From Eubacteriales bacterium (GTDB lineage Bacteria; Bacillota; Clostridia; Oscillospirales; CAG-272): DNA of 51,746 bases. Both the position numbers and the translations under genes were made by a program. Shown in pieces: positions 41,166-50,139 of this stretch (positions within the stretch are counted from its first letter, which is position 1; every line of letters starts with the position of its first letter). The notes beneath the pieces were generated by a model. The model was not told where the DNA came from and did no database searches. It saw only the letters and a program-made list of their open reading frames with translations. The stretch is from positions 1-51,746 of the forward strand of contig JAZNZI010000134.1 in assembly GCA_045594865.1 (NCBI GenBank), read 5' to 3'.

Positions 41166-42251
41166 TTACAAAAGCCAAAACAGATAGCTTAAGGCGAGAG
41201 CTACGGCGCTGACCGCGCCAGTCACACCGAGAAGCCAGGTCCAGAATGACTTTTTATCCATAGGAAGATCGCCAACCATCTTACCCGTCTGTCCGTTCAT
41301 AGCGAAATGATAGGTTTTGCCATTCCATTTCGTGTTCAGTATCCATACGGGATAAAGCGCGTATTTTGCCGTGCCGTTATGAAGTCCAATATTCGTGCTG
41401 ACGGGTGTCACAGTATTATAGCCTACTACGGTGGAGGCAAACGCCTCTTCGGTGCTGCGCTTAATGCGCTCGTTGGCGCGGTCAACACTGCTCTGCGAGT
41501 CCACGTCGTATTTATCTGCGAGATAGCCCGACAGATATGCGGTCTGGAAATCAACCGCCTCGGAAATATCGTACGGCTCGATGGATTCCATTAAGGTGTC
41601 GTCCATCTTGGTCGAGCCGTCCACGGGAACGTTATCAAAGCCAAGTCCGCCGGCACGGATTACACTGTAATGTCTTGTTTCGGTATAGTTATAGTTGCTG
41701 TCGCTCCAGAAGCGGACCTTGGTTGCGCGGTATCTTACGAAGCCGTCCGCATCCGCGTTGAAGAGCCAGAAGGGAACGTATACTCCCTTGATCTCCTGAA
41801 CGCGATTTTCGTCCTTGAATACCTTGGGAAGCAGAACCTTTCCCTTATAGTGCCTTTTCAGTCCCTCCATAGCCGCCTTTTTATCCAGCTTAAAGGGTAT
41901 CACAAGATCGGGCTTCAAACTGCCAGAGAACTGTCCCATCATAACGACGGGATTGCCGCAGAAGGGACACTCGGTAGCTCCCGTGGTTTCGTCACAAACG
42001 ATCTCGCCGTCGCAGGAATTACAGCTATAAACGCGAAGATCCTCCTCCTCGCCCGACTGCCATTCGCTACCCGCAGAAGCATCCCAATTCATATTGTCCT
42101 CGGGCTTCTGCTTCAGCACCTCATCGTATTCCTTCAAGGTCTCGGTCTCAAACTCGGTGCCGCAATAGGGGCACTTCATCTTCTGCAGGTTGCTGTCGAA
42201 CTCTATCGCTCCGTCACAGCAAGGACATTTATACTGATGTATTACTGACAA
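41166..42251 (-). CDS. Zinc-ribbon membrane protein (YdjG-like)
   Basis: Zinc ribbons YKCPCCDGAIEF...KCPYCGTEF and YSCNSCDGEI...ECPFCGNPV, with a C-terminal TM helix. 361 aa. Confidence 0.65.
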   Translation of the reverse strand: MSVIHQYKCPCCDGAIEFDSNLQKMKCPYCGTEFETETLKEYDEVLKQKPEDNMNWDASAGSEWQSGEEEDLRVYSCNSCDGEIVCDETTGATECPFCGNPVVMMGQFSGSLKPDLVIPFKLDKKAAMEGLKRHYKGKVLLPKVFKDENRVQEIKGVYVPFWLFNADADGFVRYRATKVRFWSDSNYNYTETRHYSVIRAGGLGFDNVPVDGSTKMDDTLMESIEPYDISEAVDFQTAYLSGYLADKYDVDSQSSVDRANERIKRSTEEAFASTVVGYNTVTPVSTNIGLHNGTAKYALYPVWILNTKWNGKTYHFAMNGQTGKMVGDLPMDKKSFWTWLLGVTGAVSAVALALSYLFWLL

Positions 42252-42287
42252 AAAAGATCACTCCTTTCGGTCTTTTTGTAGTATTGT

Positions 42288-43676
42288 TTAGATTAAGTCG
42301 CCGTTATCAAAGGGATCGCCGCACTCGGGGCAGAACTTAGGTGCCTTCGTAGGATCGGCAGGCTGCCAACCGCACTTATCGCACTTGTACTGAGGAATGC
42401 CTGCGGGCTTCTTTGCTCCGCAGTTCTGACAGAACTTACCCTTATTTACAGTGCCGCAGGAGCAGGTCCAGCCGTCAGCGGCAGGCTTGGGACTGCCACA
42501 CTCGGGACAGAACTTGCCTGTTGCGGTTGCGCCACAGCTGCATCTCCAACCGTTAGCCTCGGGCTTCTTTGCGCCGCATTCGTGGCAGAACTTGCCCGTT
42601 GCAATCGCACCGCAGCTGCATCTCCAGCTATCAGCCGCGGCCTGTGACTGTGCCTGCTGAACGCCTGCGTTATAGAAGCTCTGCGCAGCGTTGAAGCCGC
42701 CACCCATAGCTCCGCCTGCCATGCCCATACCGATAAAGCCGTTCATAGCGCCGGCTTCATTGCTTGCAGCCTTTTCCATAGCGCTGGCGGTTGCGTCGGT
42801 CATACGGCCCGCCTGCATGAATGCGTTGGAGCCGAGGGTTGCCGCATCCTCCATCTGCTGAATCTTCTGCATATCCTCGGGATTGAGGGTGATGGGGTTA
42901 AGGGCTATCTTCTCAACGCTGATACCGCGGGACTCTACCCACTCTGCCGCGAGGGCATCGTTCATAGCCGCTTTAAGCTCGTTTACCCTTGCGGGAATCT
43001 GGGCGGGACGAAGCTCAAGCTCTGCAAGAGCGCCAAATGCAGGCTGAAGAGCCGAAATGAACTCCGCTCTCATCTGCTCGTCGATCTGATCTCTGGTGAA
43101 TGCATACTCTACGTTGCCGCAAACCTTGGTGTAGAAGAGCACAGGGTTGGTGATAACGTAGGAATAAACGCCGTTGCAGCGCACGTTTACGGTGCGGCTC
43201 ATGCCGAGGCGCTTGTTGATAACCTCAAAGATGATGGGGCTGGGTGTACCGAACTTATTGCCCATTATCTCCTTCGTGTTGAAATAATAAACTCTCTGGT
43301 CCTTGCCTGTATCTCCACCGTAAGTAAAGCGCTTGCCGATAGTCTTGAAGGTATCAACAAGGCTCTTTCCGAACTTGCCTGCGAAAATCGAAGGCTCGGT
43401 GGACTTGTCATAGGTATACTCACCGGGCTCGGCGCAAACCTCGACAACCTTTCCCTGCTCTACGATGATCATACACTGACCGTCTGCAACGGCAATGCCC
43501 GATCCGTTAGAAATAATGTTGTCACTGCCCTTGGTGTTGGAGCTACGTCCTGAAACTCTTTTCTGTCCCTTAACGACCAAGGTGTCCATATCCAATGCAT
43601 CGCAATAGAAGAATTCCTTCCACTGATCTGCCAGCACGCCGCCAAGCGCGCCAATGCCTGCTTTAATAAGTCCCAT
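42288..43676 (-). CDS. SPFH/virion-core-like protein (YdjI-like) with four C-terminal zinc ribbons
   Basis: N-terminus MGLIKAGIGALGGVLADQWKEFFYCDAL... The C-terminus holds W(R/T)CSCG...GKFC.(E/N)CG.(K/P)KP three times plus YKCDKCG...FCPECG. Confidence 0.65.
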   Translation of the reverse strand: MGLIKAGIGALGGVLADQWKEFFYCDALDMDTLVVKGQKRVSGRSSNTKGSDNIISNGSGIAVADGQCMIIVEQGKVVEVCAEPGEYTYDKSTEPSIFAGKFGKSLVDTFKTIGKRFTYGGDTGKDQRVYYFNTKEIMGNKFGTPSPIIFEVINKRLGMSRTVNVRCNGVYSYVITNPVLFYTKVCGNVEYAFTRDQIDEQMRAEFISALQPAFGALAELELRPAQIPARVNELKAAMNDALAAEWVESRGISVEKIALNPITLNPEDMQKIQQMEDAATLGSNAFMQAGRMTDATASAMEKAASNEAGAMNGFIGMGMAGGAMGGGFNAAQSFYNAGVQQAQSQAAADSWRCSCGAIATGKFCHECGAKKPEANGWRCSCGATATGKFCPECGSPKPAADGWTCSCGTVNKGKFCQNCGAKKPAGIPQYKCDKCGWQPADPTKAPKFCPECGDPFDNGDLI

Positions 43677-43710
43677 AGTAATTACTCCTTTTAAAAGTTT
43701 TTGTAAACTA

Positions 43711-43739
43711 ATTATAGCATTTTATGATGGATATTGCAA
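43711..43739 (-). promoter_or_regulatory. Sigma-A type promoter for the SPFH/zinc-ribbon/TPM operon
   Basis: On the minus strand TTGCAA, a 17-nt spacer, then TATAAT. Confidence 0.55.
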
Positions 43740-43757
43740 GTATTTTGATATTTCTTA

Positions 43758-43793
43758 ATAAAAAAATAAAGCCGAAGTAAAAACTTCGGCTTT
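43758..43793 (-). terminator. Terminator after tRNA-Trp
   Basis: On the minus strand AAGCCGAAGT-TTTT-ACTTCGGCTT followed by TATTTTTTTATT. Confidence 0.75.
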
Positions 43794-43869
43794 TGGCAGG
43801 GGCGGAAGGACTCGAACCCACGACCCATGGTTTTGGAGACCAGTACTCTACCAACTGAGCTACACCCCT
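43794..43869 (-). tRNA. tRNA-Trp (anticodon CCA)
   Basis: On the minus strand AGGGGTGTAGCTCAGTTGGTAGAGT...CTGGT-CTCCAAA-ACCAT...GGTTCGAGTCC...CGCCCCTGCCA. There is one mismatch in the anticodon stem (C-U) and one in the T-stem (U-U). Confidence 0.75.
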
Positions 43870-43957
43870 ATGCACCCGTATATTATACTAAACTTTTTTT
43901 CTTTTGTCAAGGGCTTTTTAAAATTTTCTTTTAAAGTATATTTCTTATGCTTGAGAA

Positions 43958-43986
43958 TTGATTTTAAGCAAATCTTGTGATATAAT
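43958..43986 (+). promoter_or_regulatory. Sigma-A type promoter for the MazG-like gene
   Basis: TTGATT, a 17-nt spacer, then TATAAT (43981-43986). Confidence 0.55.
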
Positions 43987-44020
43987 ATATAACAAAACAA
44001 ACATAAAGGACGAAATAGAT

Positions 44021-44380
44021 ATGATTTCAAAAGAAACTATTGAGATCGTGACAGGCTTTCGCGACGAGCGGGACTGGGCGCAGTTTCACAATCCTAAGGA
44101 TCTGGCGCTGTCCATAAGCCTTGAGGCAGCGGAGCTGCTGGAGGTATTCCAGTGGAGCGGTGACGATCTTATATGCGAGGACAAGCTTGACAAGATAAAG
44201 GAGGAGCTTGCCGACGTGCTTTGCTACTCTATCCTTATGGCAGACAGATGCGGTCTTGATATGGACGAGATCATCCGCGAGAAAATGAAGAAAAACAGTG
44301 CTAAGTACCCAGCCGAGCTATCCCGCGGTCATAAGGAAAAATACACCGAGCTTAAGGATCACGATAAGAAGGAGCAATAA
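44021..44380 (+). CDS. MazG-like nucleotide pyrophosphohydrolase
   Basis: FRDERDWAQFHNPKDLALSISLEAAELLEVFQW...ELADVLCYSILMADRCGLD. The start at MISKE (44021) follows AAAGGA; the ORF-track start at 43958 overlaps the promoter. Confidence 0.8.
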   Translation: MISKETIEIVTGFRDERDWAQFHNPKDLALSISLEAAELLEVFQWSGDDLICEDKLDKIKEELADVLCYSILMADRCGLDMDEIIREKMKKNSAKYPAELSRGHKEKYTELKDHDKKEQ

Positions 44381-44560
44381 AATGGAACTCAAATTGCTCA
44401 TTCTTCTGCCGACGGTTATCAGCACGGGTTATTCGGTGCGGTGAATATTATTCTGCTTGCGCCCACCCATATCAGTATACTGCTTGAGTACAGTCATCCA
44501 CCGCTTACAGAGAGAATATCTGCCGTAGAAAAGCTATTAAACAAGGAGAAATTCAAATAA
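44381..44560 (+). pseudogene. 3' remnant of an M48 (Ste24/HtpX-type) metallopeptidase gene
   Basis: An open frame without a start codon encodes ...NIILLAPTHISILLEYSHPPLTERISAVEKLLNKEKFK*. YSHPPLxERI is the conserved M48 C-terminal motif. It is in frame with, and starts directly after, the MazG stop codon. Confidence 0.45.
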
Positions 44561-45426
44561 TGAAAACAAAGGTTTACTTTTCAAGAATAATAACACCCGA
44601 AAAGGTGCTTGAGCTTTACAAGCTCCTCGGCAAAGATCTGCCGGGAAAGATTGCTATCAAGGTGCACTCGGGCGAGAAGGGCAATCAGAACTTCCTGCGT
44701 CCCGATTTCTGGAAGAGCGTGGTAGATCACGTTGGAGGCACGGTGGTTGAGTGCAACACCGCCTACGAGGGAGAGAGAAACGTGACGAAAAAGCACGTAA
44801 AGCTCTTTGAATACCACGGCTGGACCAAGTACTTCCCCCTCGATCTGCTTGACGCCGAGGGTCCTGACCTTGAGCTTGCAATTCCGGGCGGAAAGGTTAT
44901 AAAAAAGAACTACGTCGGCAAAAATATACAGAACTACAATTCTATGCTCGTGCTTTCCCACTTCAAGGGACATCCTATGGGTGGCTACGGCGGCGCGCTG
45001 AAGCAGCTATCTATCGGTGTGGCTTCTTCTTTCGGCAAAGCATACATTCACGGCGCCGGCGTGCCCGAGAATATCTGGACCGCAGACCACGACTCCTTCC
45101 TTGAAGCTATGGCAGACGCGGCAGGCTCGGTTGTAGAGTACTTCAAGGGAAATGTTGTTTACGTTAACGTAATGAAAAATATGAGCGTTGACTGCGATTG
45201 CTGCGCGGTTGCCGAAGATCCCTGCATTGCAGACATAGGTATTCTCGTTTCTGACGATCCAATTGCCATTGATCAGGCTTGTATCGATCTTGTTTACGCT
45301 TGCTCCGATCCGGGCAGACCTCATCTACTCGAACGAATAGAATCAAGAAACGGTGTACACACCATTGAGGCGGCGGCAGCCCTGGGCTACGGAAGCCGTG
45401 AATACGAGCTTATTGAAGTTGAATAA
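44560..45426 (+). CDS. DUF362 domain protein
   Basis: 288 aa. GKIAIKVHSGEKGN... and MLVLSHFKGHPMGGYGGALKQLSIG resemble the DUF362 K(P/V)N...K(T)H...G..K(N/Q) pattern. Confidence 0.55.
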   Translation: MKTKVYFSRIITPEKVLELYKLLGKDLPGKIAIKVHSGEKGNQNFLRPDFWKSVVDHVGGTVVECNTAYEGERNVTKKHVKLFEYHGWTKYFPLDLLDAEGPDLELAIPGGKVIKKNYVGKNIQNYNSMLVLSHFKGHPMGGYGGALKQLSIGVASSFGKAYIHGAGVPENIWTADHDSFLEAMADAAGSVVEYFKGNVVYVNVMKNMSVDCDCCAVAEDPCIADIGILVSDDPIAIDQACIDLVYACSDPGRPHLLERIESRNGVHTIEAAAALGYGSREYELIEVE

Positions 45427-45504
45427 AATTCATCTTGACATAACGGAATATTTGTTGTAAAATATATTTATCTCAGCATTCCTATAAAGAACAGGAGAAT
45501 CAAT

Positions 45505-46149
45505 ATGCAGTTTGATGATATCTACACCATAACCACCAGAAGACAGAACTTGCCTCTGCGTGTGAAAAGAGGACATTTTGCCACCAGCCATAGCCATATA
45601 AATTACTTTATTGACGTGACGATGCAAAAGACGCGTCTTTCTGAGGCGAAGGCGGTTGCTGAGGAGATACTCTCCTATTATCAGTCGACTACCGTAATCG
45701 ACACCATACTCTGCCTTGACGGAATGCAGGTGGTCGGCACATGTCTTGCTGAAGCGCTGACGAACAACAACTTTATGAACCTTAACGCCCACCAGACTAT
45801 ATACGTTGTCACTCCCGAGCATACTGCGGGCAGCCAGATCATTTTCCGCGACAATATTGCTCCCGCAATAGCAGGCAAGAACGTGCTTATCCTCGCGGCA
45901 TCGGTGGTCACGGGATATACAGCAAAGTCGGCTATTGAGGCGATTACCTATTACGGCGGTTGCGTGGCCGGAATTTCGGGCATATTCGCAACAGTTGACA
46001 GTTATATGGGCTACCCCGTAGTATCCGCATTCAACCCAAACGATCTTCCCGGATACAGCTCGTTTACTCCCCACGAATGTCCTATGTGCCGCAGAGGTGA
46101 ACGACTTCAGGGACTTGTAAACAGCTTTGGTTTCTCTAAGCTGTATTGA
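45505..46149 (+). CDS. Phosphoribosyltransferase-like protein
   Basis: 214 aa. The PRPP-loop-like GKNVLILAASVVTGYTAKSAIEAI lacks the usual acidic pair, and a C-terminal CPMC is present. Confidence 0.5.
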   Translation: MQFDDIYTITTRRQNLPLRVKRGHFATSHSHINYFIDVTMQKTRLSEAKAVAEEILSYYQSTTVIDTILCLDGMQVVGTCLAEALTNNNFMNLNAHQTIYVVTPEHTAGSQIIFRDNIAPAIAGKNVLILAASVVTGYTAKSAIEAITYYGGCVAGISGIFATVDSYMGYPVVSAFNPNDLPGYSSFTPHECPMCRRGERLQGLVNSFGFSKLY

Positions 46150-46160
46150 TAATTTAAGAT

Positions 46161-46212
46161 AAAAAACAGCCAAAATGCAAACAATGATATGCATTTTGGC
46201 TGTTTTTATTTT
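46161..46212. terminator. Bidirectional terminator
   Basis: ACAGCCAAAATGCA-(10 nt)-TGCATTTTGGCTGT flanked by AAAAAA and TTTTTATTTT. Confidence 0.75.
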
Positions 46213-46568
46213 GCCATCTGTTTTGTGTAGAATAAGTTGGATAACACGAACAGCATGGCAAATATTATGAAATACATTCCGAAGCCGTTTGTTAAAAACG
46301 GAGAAAAAACGATAGTACAAATAAGTGCTACTATGCTTTCATAGAGAAAGCTTTTGTCTTTTTTGATGATTGTGAAAAGCCCAAGGATAATTGCTCCTGC
46401 TGCCATACAAAGACGAAGCAGCATCTGTAAAAATGCTAAAAATTGTGACTCAAATAGTAGAAAATCGCCCGAGAAAAGAAGATATCCTTCAATAAACGCA
46501 AAGGCGGCGCCGATTATGATAACCAGGACCGACGTGATGAGGTTTAAAATTCGTGCTAAGGTTTTCAT
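46206..46568 (-). CDS. Small integral membrane protein (about 120 aa, 4 TM)
   Basis: Start at MKTLARILNLITSVLVIIIG. The ATG overlaps the stop of the upstream PI-PLC-like gene (ATGA). Hydrophobic throughout. Confidence 0.65.
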   Translation of the reverse strand: MKTLARILNLITSVLVIIIGAAFAFIEGYLLFSGDFLLFESQFLAFLQMLLRLCMAAGAIILGLFTIIKKDKSFLYESIVALICTIVFSPFLTNGFGMYFIIFAMLFVLSNLFYTKQMAK

Positions 46569-47467
46569 CTGAAGTTCACCTCTATAATAGCATCGCAAAG
46601 CTCCGACGTAATAAAGTCGCAAAGAAATACGCAGTTTGCTCCGTCCCTCTCCGCGAGAGTGTCGATAAGCCAAGGATTAATGGTCAATGCAGGAGTGCCC
46701 GCATAGGTGGGTGGGAAACCGTCGGGATAATAGCAGCTTGTAAAATTAAGAACGAGGGCGTATTCACCCGTCTCACCAATGGCAAGCGCAGACTTTATAT
46801 CCTTGATCTTAGCTTCCGCGCTATCAACCCGATAGTGATCCTGAACGTAAAGCTCGCCAAGCTCGAAGGAGGTGGAGTCACGCCAGCCGTCGTATGCGGG
46901 GATGCCAACGGTGGAATTGTACCTTGAAATGACGTGCAGCCTTCCCCTCGCCTCGCCTACGGTTTCGGGCAAAGAGCACTCTCTGCTTACGTTATCGTAT
47001 GCGGCTAGCATTTCTTCAAGCTTCTCCGAGAAGCTTACGCTCGAGCCAACAGGATCGTTGTCCTCCTTAAAGGACACTATGAGAAACTCAGTGGGATTTT
47101 CCCTGAGAAATTCGGTCATCTGGCGAAGAACGTCGGCAAAGGAGGTTCCCTGATCAACGAAGCTGTGAACCACCACAAGCTTGTTATTTTTTAGCTGAAG
47201 TCTCACGTCAAAGAATCGCACTCCAAGCTCCAACTGCTCTTCAATCGTGAGCGACTGACACTTGCCAGACAGGTCGGCAATCGAGTGAGTTGCGCCCGAA
47301 TCGTGCGTGCCGGGAATAGACAGAGTGTTAATGCTTCTATCGTCATCAAGCTCTGCCATCCAGTCGCTTCTGTCCTGCCCTGCCTGCTGTAGCGGTAAAA
47401 CCGCGATCAGAGATGCAAGGCATATTGCCACGGCTACGGCGATGAAAATAATATTTTTCTTATTCAT
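46565..47467 (-). CDS. Secreted/anchored PI-PLC X-domain-like phosphodiesterase
   Basis: Signal anchor MNKKNIIFIAVAVAICLASL, then LSIPGTHDSGATH and VRFFDVRLQ...VVVHSF, which is the PI-PLC X-box catalytic pattern. Confidence 0.7.
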   Translation of the reverse strand: MNKKNIIFIAVAVAICLASLIAVLPLQQAGQDRSDWMAELDDDRSINTLSIPGTHDSGATHSIADLSGKCQSLTIEEQLELGVRFFDVRLQLKNNKLVVVHSFVDQGTSFADVLRQMTEFLRENPTEFLIVSFKEDNDPVGSSVSFSEKLEEMLAAYDNVSRECSLPETVGEARGRLHVISRYNSTVGIPAYDGWRDSTSFELGELYVQDHYRVDSAEAKIKDIKSALAIGETGEYALVLNFTSCYYPDGFPPTYAGTPALTINPWLIDTLAERDGANCVFLCDFITSELCDAIIEVNFR

Positions 47468-48320
47468 TTTTACCTCCGCAGAGAAGATTGTGTCGGGTAA
47501 GCATCGCGATGTATATGCTCTCGGGAATCTCAAGATTTCCCTTGCCCGTACCGAGACTGACGTCGGGCTTTACGAGTCCGTGAAAATCGCTTCCGCCGCT
47601 CTCAAGCAAACCGAATTCTGCCGCTATCTGCTTGGCAATAGCTATGGTTTCATCCGAGTAGGATGAGTGTATCGTTTCAATGCCAGCAAGGCCTGCTCCG
47701 ATAAGGACGGGGAGAATTTCTCTCAGTCTTTCGGGGCTTACCTCCTTCAAGGGATGGGCAAGCACGGGTACGGCTCCTATTTCTTTCAAAAATGCGATTG
47801 CATCTGTCAGCTGAAGTCTTGACGGCGGTGTATAAAGACCGCATTTTTCATCAAGAACGCACGCAAATGCCTCTCTTACCGAGCTGAAATATCCGTTTTT
47901 TACAAGCTCGGCGGCGATATGGGCACGGTTGGCGTTGCCCTTGACGTTTCTCGCTTTGACCGCTGAAAAGTCTACGTGGTAACCCCGCTCGCCAAGCTTA
48001 TTACAAAGGTCGATATTGCTCTTTTCCTTCAGCTTGATAAACTCGGTGCAGAGACTCTCCACCTTGTCATAATACTCAGGGTTAATAAACAGACCGAGCA
48101 GGTGAAACTCCTTGCCCTCATACTCGGTGGAAAGCTCGGTTCCGCCTATGGCGGTGACGCCCTCCCTCTCTGCCGCTCTCAAAAATTCGGGAAGCCCCGT
48201 CACGGTGTTGTGATCGGTCAGGGCAATTATTAAATTCTTTTCCTTTGCCGCGAGGGCAAGCTCGGTGGGGGTATAGCTTCCGTCCGAGTGGTTGGTATGG
48301 GTGTGCAGATCGCAAAGCAT
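47460..48320 (-). CDS. PHP domain phosphoesterase
   Basis: MLCDLHTHTNHSDGS...ALTDHNTV...AHP...GGSDFHG, the PHP metal-ligand series. The stop overlaps the next start (ATGAATAA). Confidence 0.85.
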   Translation of the reverse strand: MLCDLHTHTNHSDGSYTPTELALAAKEKNLIIALTDHNTVTGLPEFLRAAEREGVTAIGGTELSTEYEGKEFHLLGLFINPEYYDKVESLCTEFIKLKEKSNIDLCNKLGERGYHVDFSAVKARNVKGNANRAHIAAELVKNGYFSSVREAFACVLDEKCGLYTPPSRLQLTDAIAFLKEIGAVPVLAHPLKEVSPERLREILPVLIGAGLAGIETIHSSYSDETIAIAKQIAAEFGLLESGGSDFHGLVKPDVSLGTGKGNLEIPESIYIAMLTRHNLLCGGKNE

Positions 48321-48335
48321 TGTTCTTCCCTCCTG

Positions 48336-49088
48336 CTATTCTTCCGAAGCCAAATACGGCTTGAGCAGCTCGGTCCAGACGGCAAGGCCCGTAGGATTAA
48401 GATGAAGTCCGTCGTCGCTGTACTCGCGGATGAGGTGATTATTCTCATCCGAAATCAGCGAAAACAGGTCGAGGTAGGTTGCGCCCTTTTGCTCAGCGAG
48501 AGCGCGTATCTTGGGATTAATGACTATTATTCTGGCTGTGGTATCAGCCAGCTTTATGTGAGAGTATTCCTCGATCTGAGAGTTCTGCGGGATTATAGAC
48601 ATACAGTACAGCTTCACCTCGGGCAGAGCCGAATATATCTCGTCTATGATCTGCTCGTAGTTTGAAAGGATCTTCGCCTCGTCTACACCACCGTTAATAT
48701 CGTTTGTACCTATCATAAGCACGACGACTGAGGGACTTATATCAAATATGGACACCTTAAGGCGACGGAGCACGCCCGAGGTGGTATCGCCACCAATTCC
48801 GCGGTTATAGCAAGCGAGCGGCAGATCGGCATAATGATCGTCAAGAATATACAGATCGGTAATGGAGTCGCCGATAAAAACGATCTGTCCCTTGGACAGA
48901 TTCACGTTTTGAGTCGCGTAGGACTGACATTTGTTGTCATAGTATTTCTGCATATCGGTGCGATCATCTACCTCGGCTGTCAGACGGCAGGCAAGGATTA
49001 CCACCGAAACCGCGAGCAGTATGATTATCAGCATCAAAGCGGCGTAAATTATTATGTTTTTATTGTTTTTTATATCAGAAAGCTTCAT
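48336..49088 (-). CDS. SGNH/GDSL hydrolase family protein (membrane anchored)
   Basis: Start at MKLSDIK with a TM anchor. Blocks FIGDSITD, GIGGDTT, MIGTNDI and DGLHLN are present. Confidence 0.8.
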   Translation of the reverse strand: MKLSDIKNNKNIIIYAALMLIIILLAVSVVILACRLTAEVDDRTDMQKYYDNKCQSYATQNVNLSKGQIVFIGDSITDLYILDDHYADLPLACYNRGIGGDTTSGVLRRLKVSIFDISPSVVVLMIGTNDINGGVDEAKILSNYEQIIDEIYSALPEVKLYCMSIIPQNSQIEEYSHIKLADTTARIIVINPKIRALAEQKGATYLDLFSLISDENNHLIREYSDDGLHLNPTGLAVWTELLKPYLASEE

Positions 49089-49470
49089 TTTTCCTTTTCC
49101 TCGCAGCGATTTTCTTTTTGGTGAGGTCGTAGCTGATGCCGAGAAGCCAGGCGATAGTATCGTTGTCGCAGCTGCCGTCAAGAGCCACGGTGAGCCAATG
49201 GGTTTTGTTCATATGATAGGCGCGATAGATGCCCGCCTCGATGCCCGCTATCGATTCGATAACCTCGGGCGCACATTTCAGGTTGACTATGTCAACGCTT
49301 CCCTCTCTGCCCGAAATCAATCGGTTGTAGCCTATATTCATGGCGATGGCAAACCACTTTCCGCTACCCTCGTGACGAAAAACTCCAGTCTCAAAGTCCT
49401 CCTCAAAGGGATAATCCGCCTTTACGTTATAACTATCAAGCACAAGCGCTTCAAATTCTTCTCTGGTCAT
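49075..49470 (-). CDS. MmcQ/YjbR family protein
   Basis: 131 aa. DYPFEEDFETGVFRHEGSGKWFAIAMNI...RAYHMNKTHWLTV matches the YjbR pattern. Confidence 0.75.
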   Translation of the reverse strand: MTREEFEALVLDSYNVKADYPFEEDFETGVFRHEGSGKWFAIAMNIGYNRLISGREGSVDIVNLKCAPEVIESIAGIEAGIYRAYHMNKTHWLTVALDGSCDNDTIAWLLGISYDLTKKKIAARKRKNEAF

Positions 49471-49529
49471 CTCGCTTCCCTCAAAAGCTTATTTTCTTTA
49501 TTATATCATAGGTAGATCGGTTTTTCAAG

Positions 49530-49568
49530 AATAAAGAAAAAAACAACCGAGCTTTTTGGGCTCGGCTG
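49530..49568 (-). terminator. Terminator downstream of the T5orf172 pseudogene
   Basis: On the minus strand CAGCCGAGC-CCAAAAA-GCTCGGTTG followed by TTTTTTTCTTTATT. One pair is G-U on the minus strand only. Confidence 0.65.
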
Positions 49569-49789
49569 AAAAGATAATCGGTTATTTGAGAACTACAATA
49601 CTCAGACTAGTTCAAAGCGTAATGATGAATGACGAATATATAATTTCAAAAGAGGGCGTAATAGAATTCTTCGCCAGCGACAAGAGATTTGCCATGCAGC
49701 CAAAGTCGGAATGGAATAAGAAGGCGATAAAGTGGTTTATTAAGAAGATGTTGCGGTGAAGTGTAACGTTTGCGAATCATTTCACTTTC

Positions 49790-50125
49790 TCTGAATTGTT
49801 CAGCATCAGGAAGGCTAATAAATTCAACGGTTTTATCGTGATTTTCACGGACAACCCTTTTTATTCCGTCTAAAGTTACTCAGAAAAACTCTTTTCTTCC
49901 ATTGACCAATTTAACTTTTTTATCTGAGAAAGCATTATGTAAAGCTGCTTCTAATTTAGGAGCATCATTGGAAAATATCATAGCATGTACATCAAATCTA
50001 AACGGAACAGAAGCGCCACTCAACTCGGAAATTCGGTCTTCCGGTTCAAGGCGTCGTGTCATACCAATCTTATATATCTGGACCAAAGGCTCCTATATTA
50101 GATATTATATAAACATAAATTTAGA
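49790..50125 (-). pseudogene. T5orf172/MUG113 (GIY-YIG-like) domain gene, 5'-truncated, with a frameshift and an in-frame stop
   Basis: ...VYIISNIGAFGPDI / YKIGMTRRLEPEDRISELSGASVPFRFDVHAMIFSNDAPKLEAALHNAFSDKKVKLVNGRKEFF * VTLDGIKRVVRENHDKTVEF. The frameshift lies in a TA run near 50070-50086 and a TGA lies at 49880-49882. The N-terminal half of the gene is missing. Confidence 0.65.
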
Positions 50126-50139
50126 AGAGAGAGCACAAA

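Noticed and set aside
49556-49759. 67-aa plus-strand ORF
   Set aside because: It starts inside the terminator hairpin and lies antisense to the 3' portion of the T5orf172 pseudogene frame. It has no RBS.
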